NCBI GenBank assembly: GCA_002104905.1
Contig: MCFE01000122.1
Location: 1 to 64,000, forward strand
DNA: 64,000 nt
Direction of reading: 5' to 3'
Source: Basidiobolus meristosporus CBS 931.73
Lineage: Eukaryota > Fungi > Basidiobolomycota
The position numbers and the translations under genes are program-made. Positions 21,759 to 41,000 of the stretch are shown piece by piece (position 1 is the stretch's first letter; every line of letters begins with the position of its first letter). The notes under the pieces are model-generated. The model was given only the letters and a program-made list of their open reading frames with translations, was not told where the DNA came from and did no database searches.

Positions 21759-22528
21759 ATGTCCTACCGTAAAGTTGACATCGACGCACTCGACGAGGAG
21801 AAGTACGTAGAAGAAAACGTCCAGACGAAATCCAACGAGGAGATCGCCTCCTCGGTGAACTCCAAGGTTCACGAGGTACGCCAGATTTTATCCCGGTTAG
21901 TATACGTTTCTTTGACTTCTCGGGTCATCTCGTCTCCCCGCCCACACCGTGGTGGAAGATGACGGCGGTTTTACCCTTGGGACCGCTGTGGGTTCCCCCG
22001 ACTCCAGATGCCTCGAGTGGGCCACTTCGATTCCTTGGCTTCTCGAATAACCTTTCTCCCCTTTCGTTGCCATCCCACACAGAGGCCAACACGCCCAAGC
22101 GTTGAGCCGCGCCCTCGACGATCCCCCATATGGTCAAGATGTCCAAGAATTGAAGGTAGGTGCTCGTTTGAGCTGACGCATGGAAAGTGACCCCAGCCAA
22201 CCTAGACACCCCCTCTCCCCCAACCAGGATACCACGACACAAGTTGTCATGGAGGTGCTCAGCTCCACCAAACTCTCCGACATTCCTAACGTGGTGAAGT
22301 CCCTTGCTCCCGAGGAGTTGGACGTGCTGATGAAGTACCTCTACCGCGGCATGGCCTCCCCCGAGCAATACAACTGCAGCGTGATCCTAAGCTGGCACGA
22401 GAAGGTAAGCCAAGTGTGGAGAGAACTTGCGAGGTTCGGTCGACTCACCTCGCCCTGTTTATTAGGTCATCGCCACTACCGGTCTGGGCTCCATCATTCG
22501 TGTGTTGACCGACCGTAACACTGTTTAG
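21759..22528 (+). CDS. ARPC5: Arp2/3 complex subunit 5 (ARPC5/Arc15), 4 exons
   Basis: MSYRKVDIDALDEE...QALSRALDDPPYG...LDVLMKYLYRGMASPE...VILSWHEKVIATTGLGSIIRVLTDRNTV*. Confidence 0.93.
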
Positions 22529-22794
22529 CACCGGTCTAGTGAGCAGCAATCCCCCTGTTATATTTCATCGTTGGTTCGCCGAATAAAGCATCTCGGGCCA
22601 TATCCCGCACAGCGTTCGGATTGGGTAGAAATCGGGGTTCTATTTATTTGGTCAGTGAACGCTTATAGAATCGGCTATCGGGGAAAATTCCAGCAAGAAG
22701 TGGAGTAACTGACTCGGCAAACTGTTCGACATCGGGGTAAATGGTACAATCTGAGAATAGAGGTGAGGGTGGGGATGGGGATGGGGATGGGTGT

Positions 22795-28785
<5,991 letters not shown>

Positions 28786-29308
28786 GAACTAAGCAAGGAA
28801 TGGTTGGGTATGAGGGAAGAGCAGGAAACCGAAGGAAAGGGAAGGGAAGAAATCGAAAGACAAATCGACCGACGTTGGTGGGAACGCTTGGCGGGGTGAA
28901 AGGAAACCTTAAGGAACAAGGGGCCCAAGTGGTACGGGTAAAGGTCGCAATGTCGTAGGAAGAAAATTCCGGAATTTGGAATGGAATCGGTTGGCGATGG
29001 ATATAATGAAATCATGGATGGATTTTTCAAGGATCAATAAACCAGTGGAAATTGCGAGCCATTCTTCGGGATCAACAAACAATGGCCCAAGGAATGTTGG
29101 GCTACGATCAACCCTCTGCAGAGCTGTTATCTTACGCTTCTGCAGTCGAGGGGTGTTGTGTTTCTGCTGGCGGTGTTGATCGGAGATATACCAGCAATGA
29201 CCATCACCGCCGGAGGTTTCTGATTCTAAATGTCCTTCAGAGTCTAGGATTAAAGTTGGCCAATCACCAATCGATTGCTAATTTAGACCGCCGCCCATCA
29301 CCACCACC

Positions 29309-29382
29309 ATTGCAGGTGATTTCTTCCCTCCAGCCCTCCAGCCCTCCAAGCTGGGCTATTGCAGGTGATTTCTTCCCTCCAG
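29309..29382. repeat. 25-bp direct repeat with 49-bp period
   Basis: ATTGCAGGTGATTTCTTCCCTCCAG occurs at 29309-29333 and 29358-29382. Confidence 0.9.
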
Positions 29383-29534
29383 GCTTGGCTATTGAAGGTT
29401 ATTTATTGTCTCTACATCCATTGATTCACTACTCTCTTGAGCTTGCACTGTACACGCTTGGTGCTCTAGTTGAATGTGTAGGTTGGTTGATAGTTATTTA
29501 GGTTGCATAATCTATGGCTAGATGCTGATGGTGG

Positions 29535-31116
29535 CTACCACTCGTCCTCGTCTTTGGTTCCCCCAATGACGTTGTTTGCGAAGACAGCTAGATAGCCAGC
29601 GAACCTCATGCTGCTCCCGCGATACAGCCCCTGCACCCCCCAGCGCTGCCACCAACTCTTTTTGGCTGTCGGGTGGTCGCTCTTGCGCTTCAGCGAGCGC
29701 CCATTCTTAGCCTTCTTGCTGCGCTTGGTTCGACTGCCGCCCTCCTCGGTGATGATGCGGTACGCACAATCAACAACTCCATAGTAAGGGGTCGATCTCG
29801 TGCTGACGATGGTGACCAGACGCTCGCTGGACTGGCTCTGTATTTGGCACTGAAGGCGCTTGCGAATGGTATCTACAGGCATGGTGATTATCAGCTGCAG
29901 CGTGTTCAGCCCTAACTCCGCCAGGCTGTACAGCAAGGGGGAGTCGGCAGGGGACAGGTTTAGGAAGCGATCGATCACCAAAGGGATGGTGTTTCCGATC
30001 AGTGGTGTCAAGGCATGGTACAGGATGGTGGGGAAGAGATTGTACGACCAGTAGAATGTCGCAAGCCCTTCCTCTTGGATTATGGTCTTTAGCGCATGGA
30101 AGAATCCTTTGTATTTTTTGTAGTGGGGGGATGAGCTCTGGACCATCAGTCTGGTTCATGGAAAGTCTGGGTTAGCTGCTGGAAGTGTGCCTAGCTAGAC
30201 GAATGCACAATACCTGGTTCGGATGATTTCCAAAGGGCTCAGGACGACTCCGGTCACCACATGGCTGGTCACCATGGTCACCACGTTTGGAAGCGCGCTC
30301 TCCAAGTGAACCAGTGGGATGGTGTCATCATACAAATCAAATGTGTCGTTTAGCACCGCTTCGATGGAAGGCTGTAGAAAGATTTGCCCCATATCGTGGA
30401 CCCAGTTTGTGAATTGACCTTGAGAATGGATTTAGTTTGACTCCTTAAACCAACTGAGCTCTACCAACAAAACCTTTCCAGAGGGACAGCCACCCCTCGG
30501 TCGGATGTCTCGCTAGCGTTTGCATGGAATCCCAAACGCCCGCCTCAAGGGGGGGAAGCGCATGTGAGAGGCTAGTGTTGGCCAGGCCTCGAGGCTGGGT
30601 ATCGTAGCCAAGGTTTACATCGTAGAACTCCGGATCATCTGAGTCGGCATGCTGTTCGTTTATACACCGGGTTAGTATGCAATGGAAAACACGCGACAAG
30701 GGGGTAAAGCGCAATGACGTTGATCAAGGCAGTAGAACCTCTTGTGATAGTACGTTTAAAAGCCACCTCACCTCTTGTTGATGCCCTTCTTCAAGCGAGG
30801 CTCTCAGCAATTGCTCGTCACTAGGCAGATATTGGACCTGGAGCAAGGTCTCGCCAACGGCGAAGGGAAATACGAGTCCGGTGGTCAAATAGCGGATCCC
30901 GGCGTATGTGGAGAGCTCCTTTAGAGTTAACTTTTCGTCAAAATCCAATGCTTTCAGGTCAGCTAAGCTACTTAGGTACGTTTTATTTGCCTGGGTCAGC
31001 GGGAAAGTATCCTCACGAGGGTCCAAGGGCACCTTGTGTGCGTAAGGGCGATACTTGTTCTCCGGTGAAGGCATGTAGGAATTATGGGAATAACTAAAGG
31101 CCTGACCGTGTGGCAT
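29535..31116 (-). CDS. UGO1: Ugo1/SLC25A46-like mitochondrial outer-membrane fusion protein (carrier fold)
   Basis: PFAVGETLLQVQY, EGWLSLWKG, VVLSPLEIIRTR(L), ITMPVDTIRKRLQCQ and YYGVVDCAYRIITEEG are degenerate carrier motifs typical of Ugo1. Confidence 0.82.
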
Positions 31117-31408
31117 GGTTATTAGGGTTCACTGGACGACGTTTGTCCAAAGACAGATGATGTAGAATCTCCAGATCAGTGAAGCAATATTTTTGTGCTG
31201 ACGATCCTATCCCATTGGATTTATTCACGAGCACATTTGAATCAGTTTGGAATATCCTCTTATTTGCTTGATTAAGAGGTGATTCAAAACATCCATAATA
31301 ATATATTCCATTACCCACTTTAGTACGAAATTTCATTACTGCTCGCTCCAATTGCTTATCCTTTTTGCAACTGTTCCTTTTCTTTTTCCTACATCCCCTC
31401 TTGCTACG

Positions 31409-34400
31409 ATGGCAGGTGAGTGCTCGTTTCCCGCTTCTCCTCGACGTCCTGCTGCTGCTGTTTAGGTCCTAAGGTTGCTAAACCACCGTAATTGTAGATC
31501 TTGGCCTATCATACGAAGTATTGGATCAGCAATTCGACTCGGAGATGCTCATGGAGCACTTGGAAAATCCAGAAGGTTCATCTCTCTCGCTTGTGTTGAT
31601 GCGTTCTATTTGACGGATAGTAATCCCCTTTGTTGCCATGGCCCAGTCTCCGACGATGAGCTGAATGATGAATTCGAACCAAAATATTCGCCCCTCGAGA
31701 AAGTGTTTCTCTACTCCAAGAGCGACCTCACTGCACATCGGTATTCCTCCCCTCCTTGTCTCGCGGCGCCTCAGTCTGCTGATTGAATTGTGTGTTGATA
31801 GAATTTGGATTGCCCAAGAGCTACCTGATCTTGTTCGAGAAATCGAGGCTCAGGAAGCCATTGAATATGTTATTCCTCTACTATACGAGCTCGGAAGTGA
31901 CGACGGTAATCTTGCTTCGCAGCTTGTGCTATGCCGCATCAACCTAACGTTGACCATTTCTAGAGGACAAAGTCCGGGAGATATTTGCGGAGAACCTGGA
32001 TCAGGTTCTATTGTACTTCTACCAGGTTAGGGCTCTTGTCATAATCCACTTAATCCTAACCGAGCCGAGCCAAACTGAACGGCGTTGAATTGGTGAATTT
32101 AGACCTTCCCACCCAGTACAACCGGCGAGTCCTGCGAGGTGAACCAGTTGACCCCAAACTCCTTCTCGCTTCTTTTACGCACCCTGATCCTAGAATGGAA
32201 CACCATCATAGCCTCGGCTGCCCAAAAGTGTATTGTTTCTCTCGCAAAGAATCTACCGAAGGACCTTGTTGATCAAGAAATCGTCCATGGGATCATCATT
32301 CAGCTCGGGAACGGTGAGGGGTGTCTACGAGTCGAAGAGAAAGACCAAGGCAAAGCTGCCATGCTGAAGGTAGACCCTGGATGCTGGAGTATTCGACCGA
32401 CTAGCACTAACGGCTCAATTGGTAGACCATGGCGATATTGGCGGAAGTTGTGGATGCCAGCTCCATCACGGATATTTTCATCCCAACCTTATCACAAGTG
32501 GTGGCCGATCCCACATTTGGCGTTCGCAAAGTACGTTGCCTTTGCGGAAGAAGCGAACCAACTTTACTAAACCAGAGCACTTTTCTAGGAGATTCCAGCG
32601 GTTATAAGCGCAGTCATCAAAGTGGTTTCCAAAGATGTTGCCGTCGAGACCTTGGTATTTCTCAATCTTAGATTGCGTTGCGGCTGTGGCGTCTGATCGA
32701 GTTACGTTTAGCTACCGTTGTACGAACGTTTGGCCGGCGATGACATATGGCAGGTTCGCAAATCCTGCGCCCTTGTTTTGCCAGAGATATGCGCCTCCGT
32801 CCCAACCGCTGCTCAGCTAGAAAAGTGCCTTCCAATCTTCGACGCCATGGCTACCGATGTGAGCCGGTGGGTTCAGACATGTGCTGAGGATGGACTGGGA
32901 AGGCTAATCGCCATATTTGATGGCCAAGAGGTATGCATCTTCTTATACACGCTTACTTGAATATTAGTCTTATTCAAACCAACATTCTAGGTTCCTGAAG
33001 TCTTAATCGATAAATACATGTCTATGTTCCCATCCTCCAACAAAAACTCGATCCGCGACCCCGATAGAACACTCAGGTGCGCGTACAACTTCCCAGGTAC
33101 AGAAGGCGTCGAAGCATCCTTCCCAACCACTCCCTTCTAATGGTGCCCGTTTCTTTAGCTGTCCTAATGACCCTAGGCTCAAAGAAATGGCCGGATCTTG
33201 CTGAAGATTACATCGCCCTCTGTAGAGACACTCAAGTACGCTTGGCTAATCAGCAATCATGGGGATGTGCGAGTAACTAAAGTTGTGTTTATAGTTGAGC
33301 GTGCGTCGAACATTGGCCTACTCTCTCCACGAAGTAGCCAAACTACTGAAAGACAACTCTGATGCATGTGACCGACAGCTTGCGCCGCTCTTTGGCTTCT
33401 TCATGATGGACACGGACGAAGTATGTCGATGCTTTGCGACCTTTCTTAGTATCTTGCTAACTGGGGGTGGGGTTTCAGATTAGGATAGGTGTTCTGCAAA
33501 ATGCATCTGCTTTTCTTGAATGCCTAAGCCCATCCACACGGGAGATGTACCTATCGGTATTGGAGGACATCTGGGAGGCCGAATCTCGAAATTGGAGAAT
33601 TCGTGAGCATGTTGCACAGTATGTATCCATTTATTTCGACGTGCACCTCGGCAGTTCTCAAACAACTTTGCGATTAGGCAATTACCTGCACTATGCAACA
33701 TATATCCCGACTCAATTGTAGTGAACAGCATCTTGCCTATCGCAGTCAAATGTCTGAACGACCCAGTTTCCAGGGTGAGAGAAACTGCAGTCTCCTCGGT
33801 AAGGGCAAAAGTTCTGTTGACTCCGAGCCAACTGCTTACCTTTCATCATCAGGTGCCCATCATCTACACAAAGTCCAAAGATGAACTGGGGCTTTCCTCC
33901 AAGGTTTTCGAGACAATCCTAAAATTCGGGCTGGCCTCATCTTTCCGTGACAGAATGATGTACGTATCCAGCAATTAGCGTAGCACCATTCCCATCCACT
34001 AAACGCCTATCACCCCTCCCCCAGATTCGTCCAAATTTGCCAAGCCTTACTCGAGATCCACGATATCGACTTGTCCAGATTCGGCGAGGTCTTGATGCCA
34101 GTCTTCTACCAGCTCAGCAACGATAAGGTGGCTAATGTCAGACTTCTGGTTGCGCACACCACAAAGCTGCTGATCACCTTGATTTATGGTATTTGCCTAC
34201 TATCCCCCTTTCTTCGACGAGCCTTATCTTAATTTACCGCGCCTACCCAGACAACGACAAGCTGAGATGTTCAGAGAAATTCCTGGAGCAAGTAGAGGGC
34301 TTGGTTGCTCGTTTGAGCAATGACTCCGACCCCGAGATCAGATCCCTGTTGTCTGAGTCGCTTCTCAATCCACACTTCAGCCACATCGTGGTCAAAGAGA

Positions 34401-34714
34401 GCAATGGAGACAGCGAGAAGGCGGAAAGCCCCATTGTGACTCAGAACGGAACCCACGAAGCAAACCCCGACTTGAAATCGGAGGCGGAAGATCAAGTCAA
34501 GGATGTTGCCAAGCAGACCGAGAATATCCGAATCTCGGAGCCGGTTAAAATCACCCGTGTCGTGTCCGCATCGAACAACTCCAAGCCATTGGACTTAATA
34601 GATTCCGATCAACAGGCGACTCATCTTCAGAACGAGCACCCCAACCTGAACTCCACATCTCACTCGACTCTCGTTTCATCAAATGGCATTTCTCCCGTGG
34701 ACTTGGAAAACTGA
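31409..34714 (+). CDS. HEAT-repeat protein phosphatase 4 regulatory subunit 1 (PP4R1)-like, many exons
   Basis: PLEKVFLYSKS, DPTFGVRK, LAGDDIWQVRKSCA, DVSRWV, VRRTLAYSLHEVAK, NWRIREHVA, CLNDPVSRVRETAV and DKVANVR HEAT repeats. Confidence 0.8.
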
Positions 34715-35113
34715 CTTTCCAAGCATGACGAAGCTGCATGTTAGCGATCATCTTTATATACATTGACAGTCATCAACCATTATGTAAACCTCCCCTACAC
34801 GTCTTTCGCGAGCTCGGTTCACTTTCCTTCTTTACTAGACTTCCATCTTGGATCCACTAAAAGAAAACGAGGGCGGAAACCACTCGATTGGGTACTCTTG
34901 TCTTCTTCGTCATGAAATCACTAGTTTTGTCTCATACCACTCGATTTCTTCCACCGCTTGTGGTCCATCCTTTTTGTTAGATAAAAGAATGACTTGATAT
35001 TTGCTTACACGTTGTTTATATTGCCATGAATCTCACATAAAAGATGGGTCAGACCTAGTTCACATGGTTTATCAGCCGCTTTGGCAATTCACATTCTCTG
35101 CCCCAACTACCGA

Positions 35114-36111
35114 CTAAAGCTTCCCTTGCAACTTCAGCAATGGTCTCGGGGAAAGCTCGTTTCTGCACAAGAATCGAGCAGTAGGGGCCCAGAGGCAGTC
35201 GCGGATCTCTGGGACCCTGCCAAAGAAAAATCCCATGTGACCCACCGAATCCAAACCTATGTCCTGTGGCTTCAATCTCCAATGTGCCACCTGGGACCCA
35301 CGGAAGAATTCCAGAAAACTGGTGAACGCCCGCTCTGTTGCGTAGGCATCGTCGGTGAACGATACATTCAAGATGGGCTTACGGAACCGCTCGAACAGTT
35401 CCTTCCATTCGGGGTTCTTGTCACAGAAGTAGCCTGGATACTCGGACCATGTGGACCATTCTTGCAGCACACCTGACGGCAGGTCTTCCATGACGCCGAT
35501 TTTCTTCCCTGGGAAATAACCGTACCACCTGGTAAGGAACCTACCTAGGTACTTCATTTGAAAGGTGCTGGTGAAGCCTGGACGGTACCCGTAGTAAGCG
35601 TTGTTTGAGGACACAAACAGAGTGCGGGTAACCAGATGCCCGTTGGGTGCCAAAGGAACCAGATGGGCGCCAACACTGTGCCCAACATACGCCAAGGGGA
35701 GTTCTGGGTATGCTGCGTGCATGTAGTCCAGAATGGCAGGCAAATCCAGGAAACCCCAGTCTGAGATGGTTGCCTTGAACCCAACTAGAGGGTGTTGTTT
35801 ACTTGAGGGGTTGGGAACAATAAACAGGTGAGTTTCTGGCACCGTATCGGCAAACACCAACCCGCTTACCTGGCCTCCGCGGCGGCAGGGAACGAGTCCC
35901 CAACACCGCGATAATCGTAAGTGATAACGGCACACTTGAAGTTCGTGACAAGGTACTTGCTAAACGAAGCATAGAACTTTCGCAACACTCCAGTTGCAGA
36001 GCTGACTACCACCGCAGTCTCAACCGCTGGGGACTCGGCTGCTGGTGTGTATAAAGTTGCATGGATGGGGAAGCCGTCCGCGGCATTTATTATAATGTCT
36101 GCACTCTCCAT
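35114..36111 (-). CDS. Bacterial-type alpha/beta hydrolase (COG4757-like), one intron
   Basis: AADGFPIHATLY, ATGVLRKFYASFSKYL, TYDYRGVGDS, DWGFLDLPA, nucleophile elbow VGHSVG, SFTDD and GHMGFF. The C-terminus ends GKL. Confidence 0.88.
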
Positions 36112-36696
36112 TTTGTCTACGATACAGTGCCCACTGGTCCTCTATAAATGCATACATCTGTAACTACCTGGAGATATTGGTCATCGTAAACTATGTGATT
36201 GGCCAACAGTGGAGATTCACATGAAGAACGTATTCAAGTGGAATATCATGGGATTTATATTCAAAGCCCCCCCCCAACTCACTCTCTTGGGAGCAGTCAC
36301 GGTCGCTGACTGCTTTGACAAGTTGGTGCCATTGCCACACTTATAACCTCAGGATAATCAAATGGCCGGCTATCTTGATCATTGGCCTGTATGGTGTTTA
36401 CCCAAAACCAATCCAGCCTATAGCGTCTGCTACCAACCCAAATCCGAGTGGAATCGCGGCATATAATCAATATCGGGGTGGGAGCTGAGGCATATGGGCA
36501 ATAGCCAAGTTGATATAAGTCAAGAATGGTGTCGAGTTCCCTTATTAATTCGCAACCTCGTTGACCAAAGAGGCTTGATGGGTTTGTACGGAAGAGAATT
36601 CTATCGAACCGATGAAAAAAAATCCCGCGAAAATAGCAGCTGGCATGGATATATATAAACCGTTCGCTGCGACTCGTACCAGCATCATTTTTGAAT

Positions 36697-37324
36697 ATGA
36701 CCCGTCTTCTTCAAATTCTTGGTGCTGCTGCTTTAGCTTGGAACATTGTCTCCGCCAAAATCACCATTACCTCACCTGCGGAAAGTGAATGGTATGCCGG
36801 TAACGAACAATATGTCAAGTGGTGAGTAGGTAGTTTCATATGTACTATGATCTATCTTCCTAAATTGAATTTCTAGGGAAGTTAATGGCACTGCTCCACA
36901 ATTGATCACTATCAATCTGCTCTACGGGAGAAAAGATGACCTCGAATTCAAAGGCAACATTAGAACCGATATTGACTCTGACTTGGGTTCTTGTAAATGG
37001 TATGTGCCAGTGGATACCCGTAGTGGCACGGAATACGTGGTTCAAATTGTAGGAGGGGGGGAGTCAGCATATAGCCATTATTTCAATATTAGCAATCCTA
37101 CACAGCCGTCTTTGGCATCCCTTGTCAACAAACCGGAGACCAAAACATCGAGCTCTTCTTCCTCGACTGCTACTGGCTCCCACCATTCTGAGGCCACCCA
37201 ATCCCCATCTACTTCTGACATCAAGCCCAAGACCGAAGCCGAGCATAAGAAGAACAACGGACTTCGAGTTGGTGCCGGCCTCCTTGGCGCCGTCGGGGTT
37301 ATTGCCTCCACCTTGCTTTTGTAA
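36697..37324 (+). CDS. GPI-anchored Ser/Thr-rich protein with Kre9/Knh1-like N-terminal Ig fold (2 exons)
   Basis: Signal peptide MTRLLQILGAAALAWNIVSA; ITITSP...W...VKW; TINLL; KWYVP; YVVQI; YSHYFNI; S/T-rich stalk; hydrophobic C-terminal tail. Confidence 0.8.
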
Positions 37325-37584
37325 AAAAAACCTAGACACGTATTCATAGCCACCATAGCCACCACCTAAATTAATAAACAATTTAAAGAAACACTATCCA
37401 TCGTATCGTAGTTATCTCGCCGCCCTCGTTTTTGGCCAGGGTGATGTTTGATACAGCTTCCATCAACATCAGGTGCAGCATGTAGTAAGATAGGCACCAC
37501 GTGGATCATCCGATCATCTCTATAAAACGACGGTACCCATCGATGGACCGCACATCAGCCTTCTCTTCAATACCACCAGCACAC

Positions 37585-37851
37585 ATGAAATTCACTCAAG
37601 TCGTCGCAGTCGCAGTCATGGGAGCTTCATTCGCACAAGCTGGCCTTCTCAAGAGCATCAATCTTGACGGCCCAGGTTCCATTGTCGATGGAAGAACCGA
37701 GATTCCCAACCCCCAATCGGACGCCCCCATCGCAGCGGACACCTCCAGGCCGGATGCGGAAATTCGCCCCGAACAGAAGATCAACTGTGATGAGCTTACC
37801 AACTTGGACCTGAAAATTCTTGGGCTTCCACTCAGATCCTGCAGATCTTAA
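37585..37851 (+). CDS. Small secreted protein (88 aa, 2 Cys)
   Basis: MKFTQVVAVAVMGASFAQA is a signal peptide. The gene is intronless and TATAAAA lies ~65 bp upstream of the ATG. Confidence 0.65.
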   Translation: MKFTQVVAVAVMGASFAQAGLLKSINLDGPGSIVDGRTEIPNPQSDAPIAADTSRPDAEIRPEQKINCDELTNLDLKILGLPLRSCRS

Positions 37852-37993
37852 GTCGCCCGAACACTAACTATGTTACGAATGTAAACCGCCGATATACAAA
37901 TCAAGCGCATGCATTGATACGGCCATACCCAAATTCAACCAGATTCCCTAGATATGTAATCTGTTTATAGACGAATAAAGCTACAGATTCCAG

Positions 37994-38079
37994 ATATATT
38001 ATCTCGGTGGATCCTGTTTGGATCCTGTTTGCTATAGATTACATATATATTATCTCTGTGGATCTTGTTTGCTATAGAT
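37994..38079. repeat. Imperfect tandem duplication spanning the WD40 gene stop codon and 3' UTR
   Basis: ATATATTATCTC(G/T)GTGGATC(C/T)TGTTTGCTATAGAT occurs twice; the first copy has an extra GGATCCTGTTT. Confidence 0.8.
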
Positions 38080-41000
38080 ATTTCTGTAGATCCTGTAGAA
38101 ATTCCTGGACGAACCCTTGGGGATTCCGGGACTTCTTGAGCGTCTCCATGATCACCCGACGAAGCAGTTTCGCCTCCCTAAGAATGGGTTAGCATCCTCG
38201 TCCCTGGATCCGAACAGCCATGTGGAAACATACTTCTCTGCGGCCTGCGGGCCTAGCTGCTCGGCCAGCAAAGCAAGGGATTGGAAAAAGACGGATTGAA
38301 TTATCCTTATATGGATAAATTGGTAACCAAATACATATAGTCAGTTCCAGAAATGGTTTCCACTGCAAGTACATATAGTTAGCTCCAGAAATGGTCTGCA
38401 CTTACCCGAACTTCTCTACCCAATTTGTCGGGGCCAGATCTGGATGCTCCCCCACCCCTCCCTCAACCTGGCAATGCTCGATCAAATTGACCAACATCAA
38501 GAGTGTATCTCTGGATAGCCGCACCTCCGATTTGCTGATGCCCGTGGAGCCCTCATCGCCGTGCTGCAATATATCCGTCACCTCATCGAGATATTGGCTC
38601 AGTTTCGGTTGGGCAACATCCACACACTGCTTCCTAAGAGCCTTCGAAAAATCGAACTGCGAGTAGATCTAGTGTAGCCGGATTGGTACGTGCATTCCTC
38701 AGCGAGCCTAAGCAAAGACTGACCTTGATTAAATCAAGACTGTTCATCATGTATTCGTCGAACCGATGGAGCTGGATTAGGGCGTCTAGATACAGCTTGG
38801 TGGCTCCGGCCGAAATGGTTCTCTGTCCTCGCACGGTGTGCACCAGTTGGTCCGACAATTTCTCCCCTCCCTGAGTGACCATTCTCTGGATCGTCCTAAT
38901 GACCCGGTTAGTGTTCTGCTCACAGCCTAGATTCTCCTGTTCACCTACGCTTCCAACTTGAGCATATCCATGACGAGCTGGGGCTCCTTCATCAGCTTCC
39001 TGATCGCATTCTCCGGCGTGGCGGCTGCGGAGGGGGATTTTTGTGCCTCCAGCTTTCTGGCGCCGTTGATATAAAACGTGTTCCCTTCTTCGCCGACATC
39101 GGGGTCGAATATTGTTGGGTACAACAGCACATGGACCATGGAAGCAAGCTCGTTCAGCTCACTGTTCCCCAGAGCGTGGCACGTGCTCACAAAGCTCAGG
39201 CCTATCTCCAATGCCTTCAGGCAATCGTTTGGTAGGATCACCTTGACAATATCCTAGCCCAGTGTGAGTTAGAGTGCGGAATCCTCGACACACACAGAAA
39301 ATCTCACCTCGAGGTCCTTGGAGTTCAGGCTCATGGAACCATTCTTCATAGCGGCGATGATCATCCTACAACCAATCATACGTTAAATTTGTTGGCTGGT
39401 AAATGAAGTAACTCGCATGTACTCTTCGTTGTCCAACAGAGCCCTCCAATCTCCGTGTTTGATAATCTCCACGACATCTATGAGCGAATAAAGCTTCTTC
39501 AGCTGCCCGTTCTCGTCCTGCGTGAATACCATGAGTGCCGGACGCCACTGATAAAATACCATCGATCCCACTAACCAGTAACGATATTTTCGAGTGCAGG
39601 TGGGCTGGTACCCGGCTGGAGAAAATCCTCAGATCCTTTCGAAAGGCGTTGATTGCTCTACTCGAGGCTGTGCCAGGACCAGTGCTTTGCTGGGAGAGCG
39701 GGTCATCGATCGTGTGCCGAGTGGTCGATGAAGCGATGGACCAAGAAGACGGGTCAATGTCTGGGGTTGGGCTTAGTATTTTGATCAACCTTCGTATCTC
39801 CTCGTTATTTCTACGAAGAGTCAGGTTATTCCCCCTCGCAAGAGATCATCTGTATATGGGCTTACTACCTGTCCCCGTCCATCTTGTTGACAGCCTCCAA
39901 CACCAACTTCTGTGCGTTCTCCAGGTGTCTCATGTAGATATTCTTCTCCACCTCTTGTTCCACAAAGCTCACATTTGGATTTGCTCTGAAATAGAAGGGC
40001 TGAGTAAACCCTGTAGGATGCCCCAACGGGTATTTCCGTACCTGTGATCTACAGCAAGACCGAATAGCTCATCTTGGATCGAGTGCAGGGCTAGCTCGCC
40101 CATCATAGACACCGAGTAGAACGTGTCTTCATGATGCAAAGAGGAAATTACTAAGCAAAGTGTTAGTAAGTGAGAATCCGGGCAGATGCCAAGTGATTGA
40201 GGCACCTGAGATCACTGGCCCACTGAAACCTCGCCCGTATTCGCCAATCTTTTTCCCGGTAGCACCGTACATGTCGTCCGCTCTACTCTCTCGAAGCCCC
40301 CATAAACGCCAGTTGCGGTCGGATGAGCCAGTAGCTATCACATCTGGGTGGGAATCCGACCACGCCAGCTATCAAAATGTTAGCGACATATGGGTGGAGA
40401 TGCATCGGCAAGAGGCTGCTTACCGATTCCACATGGTTGAAATGAGCATCGATTACAGATACGGGTCCGCCATTGAATCGAATGTCCCACAGCTTGACTG
40501 TATGGTCGTCGCCTTTGCAAACGTATTTAGAATATTGCCCACTGGTGCTGGAAGCTAAAGGGGTGTACCTCCACTGGCAATCCAATAGGGAACGAACGGA
40601 CTCCACTGAACCTCGTTTATTACCCCATCATGGGCCATTCTGGTCCTCCAAACCTACCAAGAAGATGGTGTGAATTACGCTTCGATAGGGACCAAGTGGA
40701 CGGATCAAGTTACCAGCGGCCTCCCATCTTTGCGCATATCCAGCAGCGACACGGATTTATCGGCGCTCCCGACAGCAAGCAACGGTGCCGAGTGCAGAGA
40801 CGAGGGCGCCCACGAAGCATCGAAGATGGTGTCTTTAGCCACCTTATCCGATCTGATGGGTGCACCGGCATTCTCGGTGTCCCAAAAGTACACCGAGGGC
40901 CCCATGACATCCATGAATCGCTCCTCCGAATGAAACTCCACCTTACGAATTCTGGATGTGCTTACGAAGTTCCCGGCTGGAGAAATGGATTTACCGACGC

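Noticed and set aside
29052-29501. 149-aa intergenic ORF upstream of the ABC gene
   Set aside because: Begins at GTG, has no motifs and runs through a local direct repeat; probably chance.
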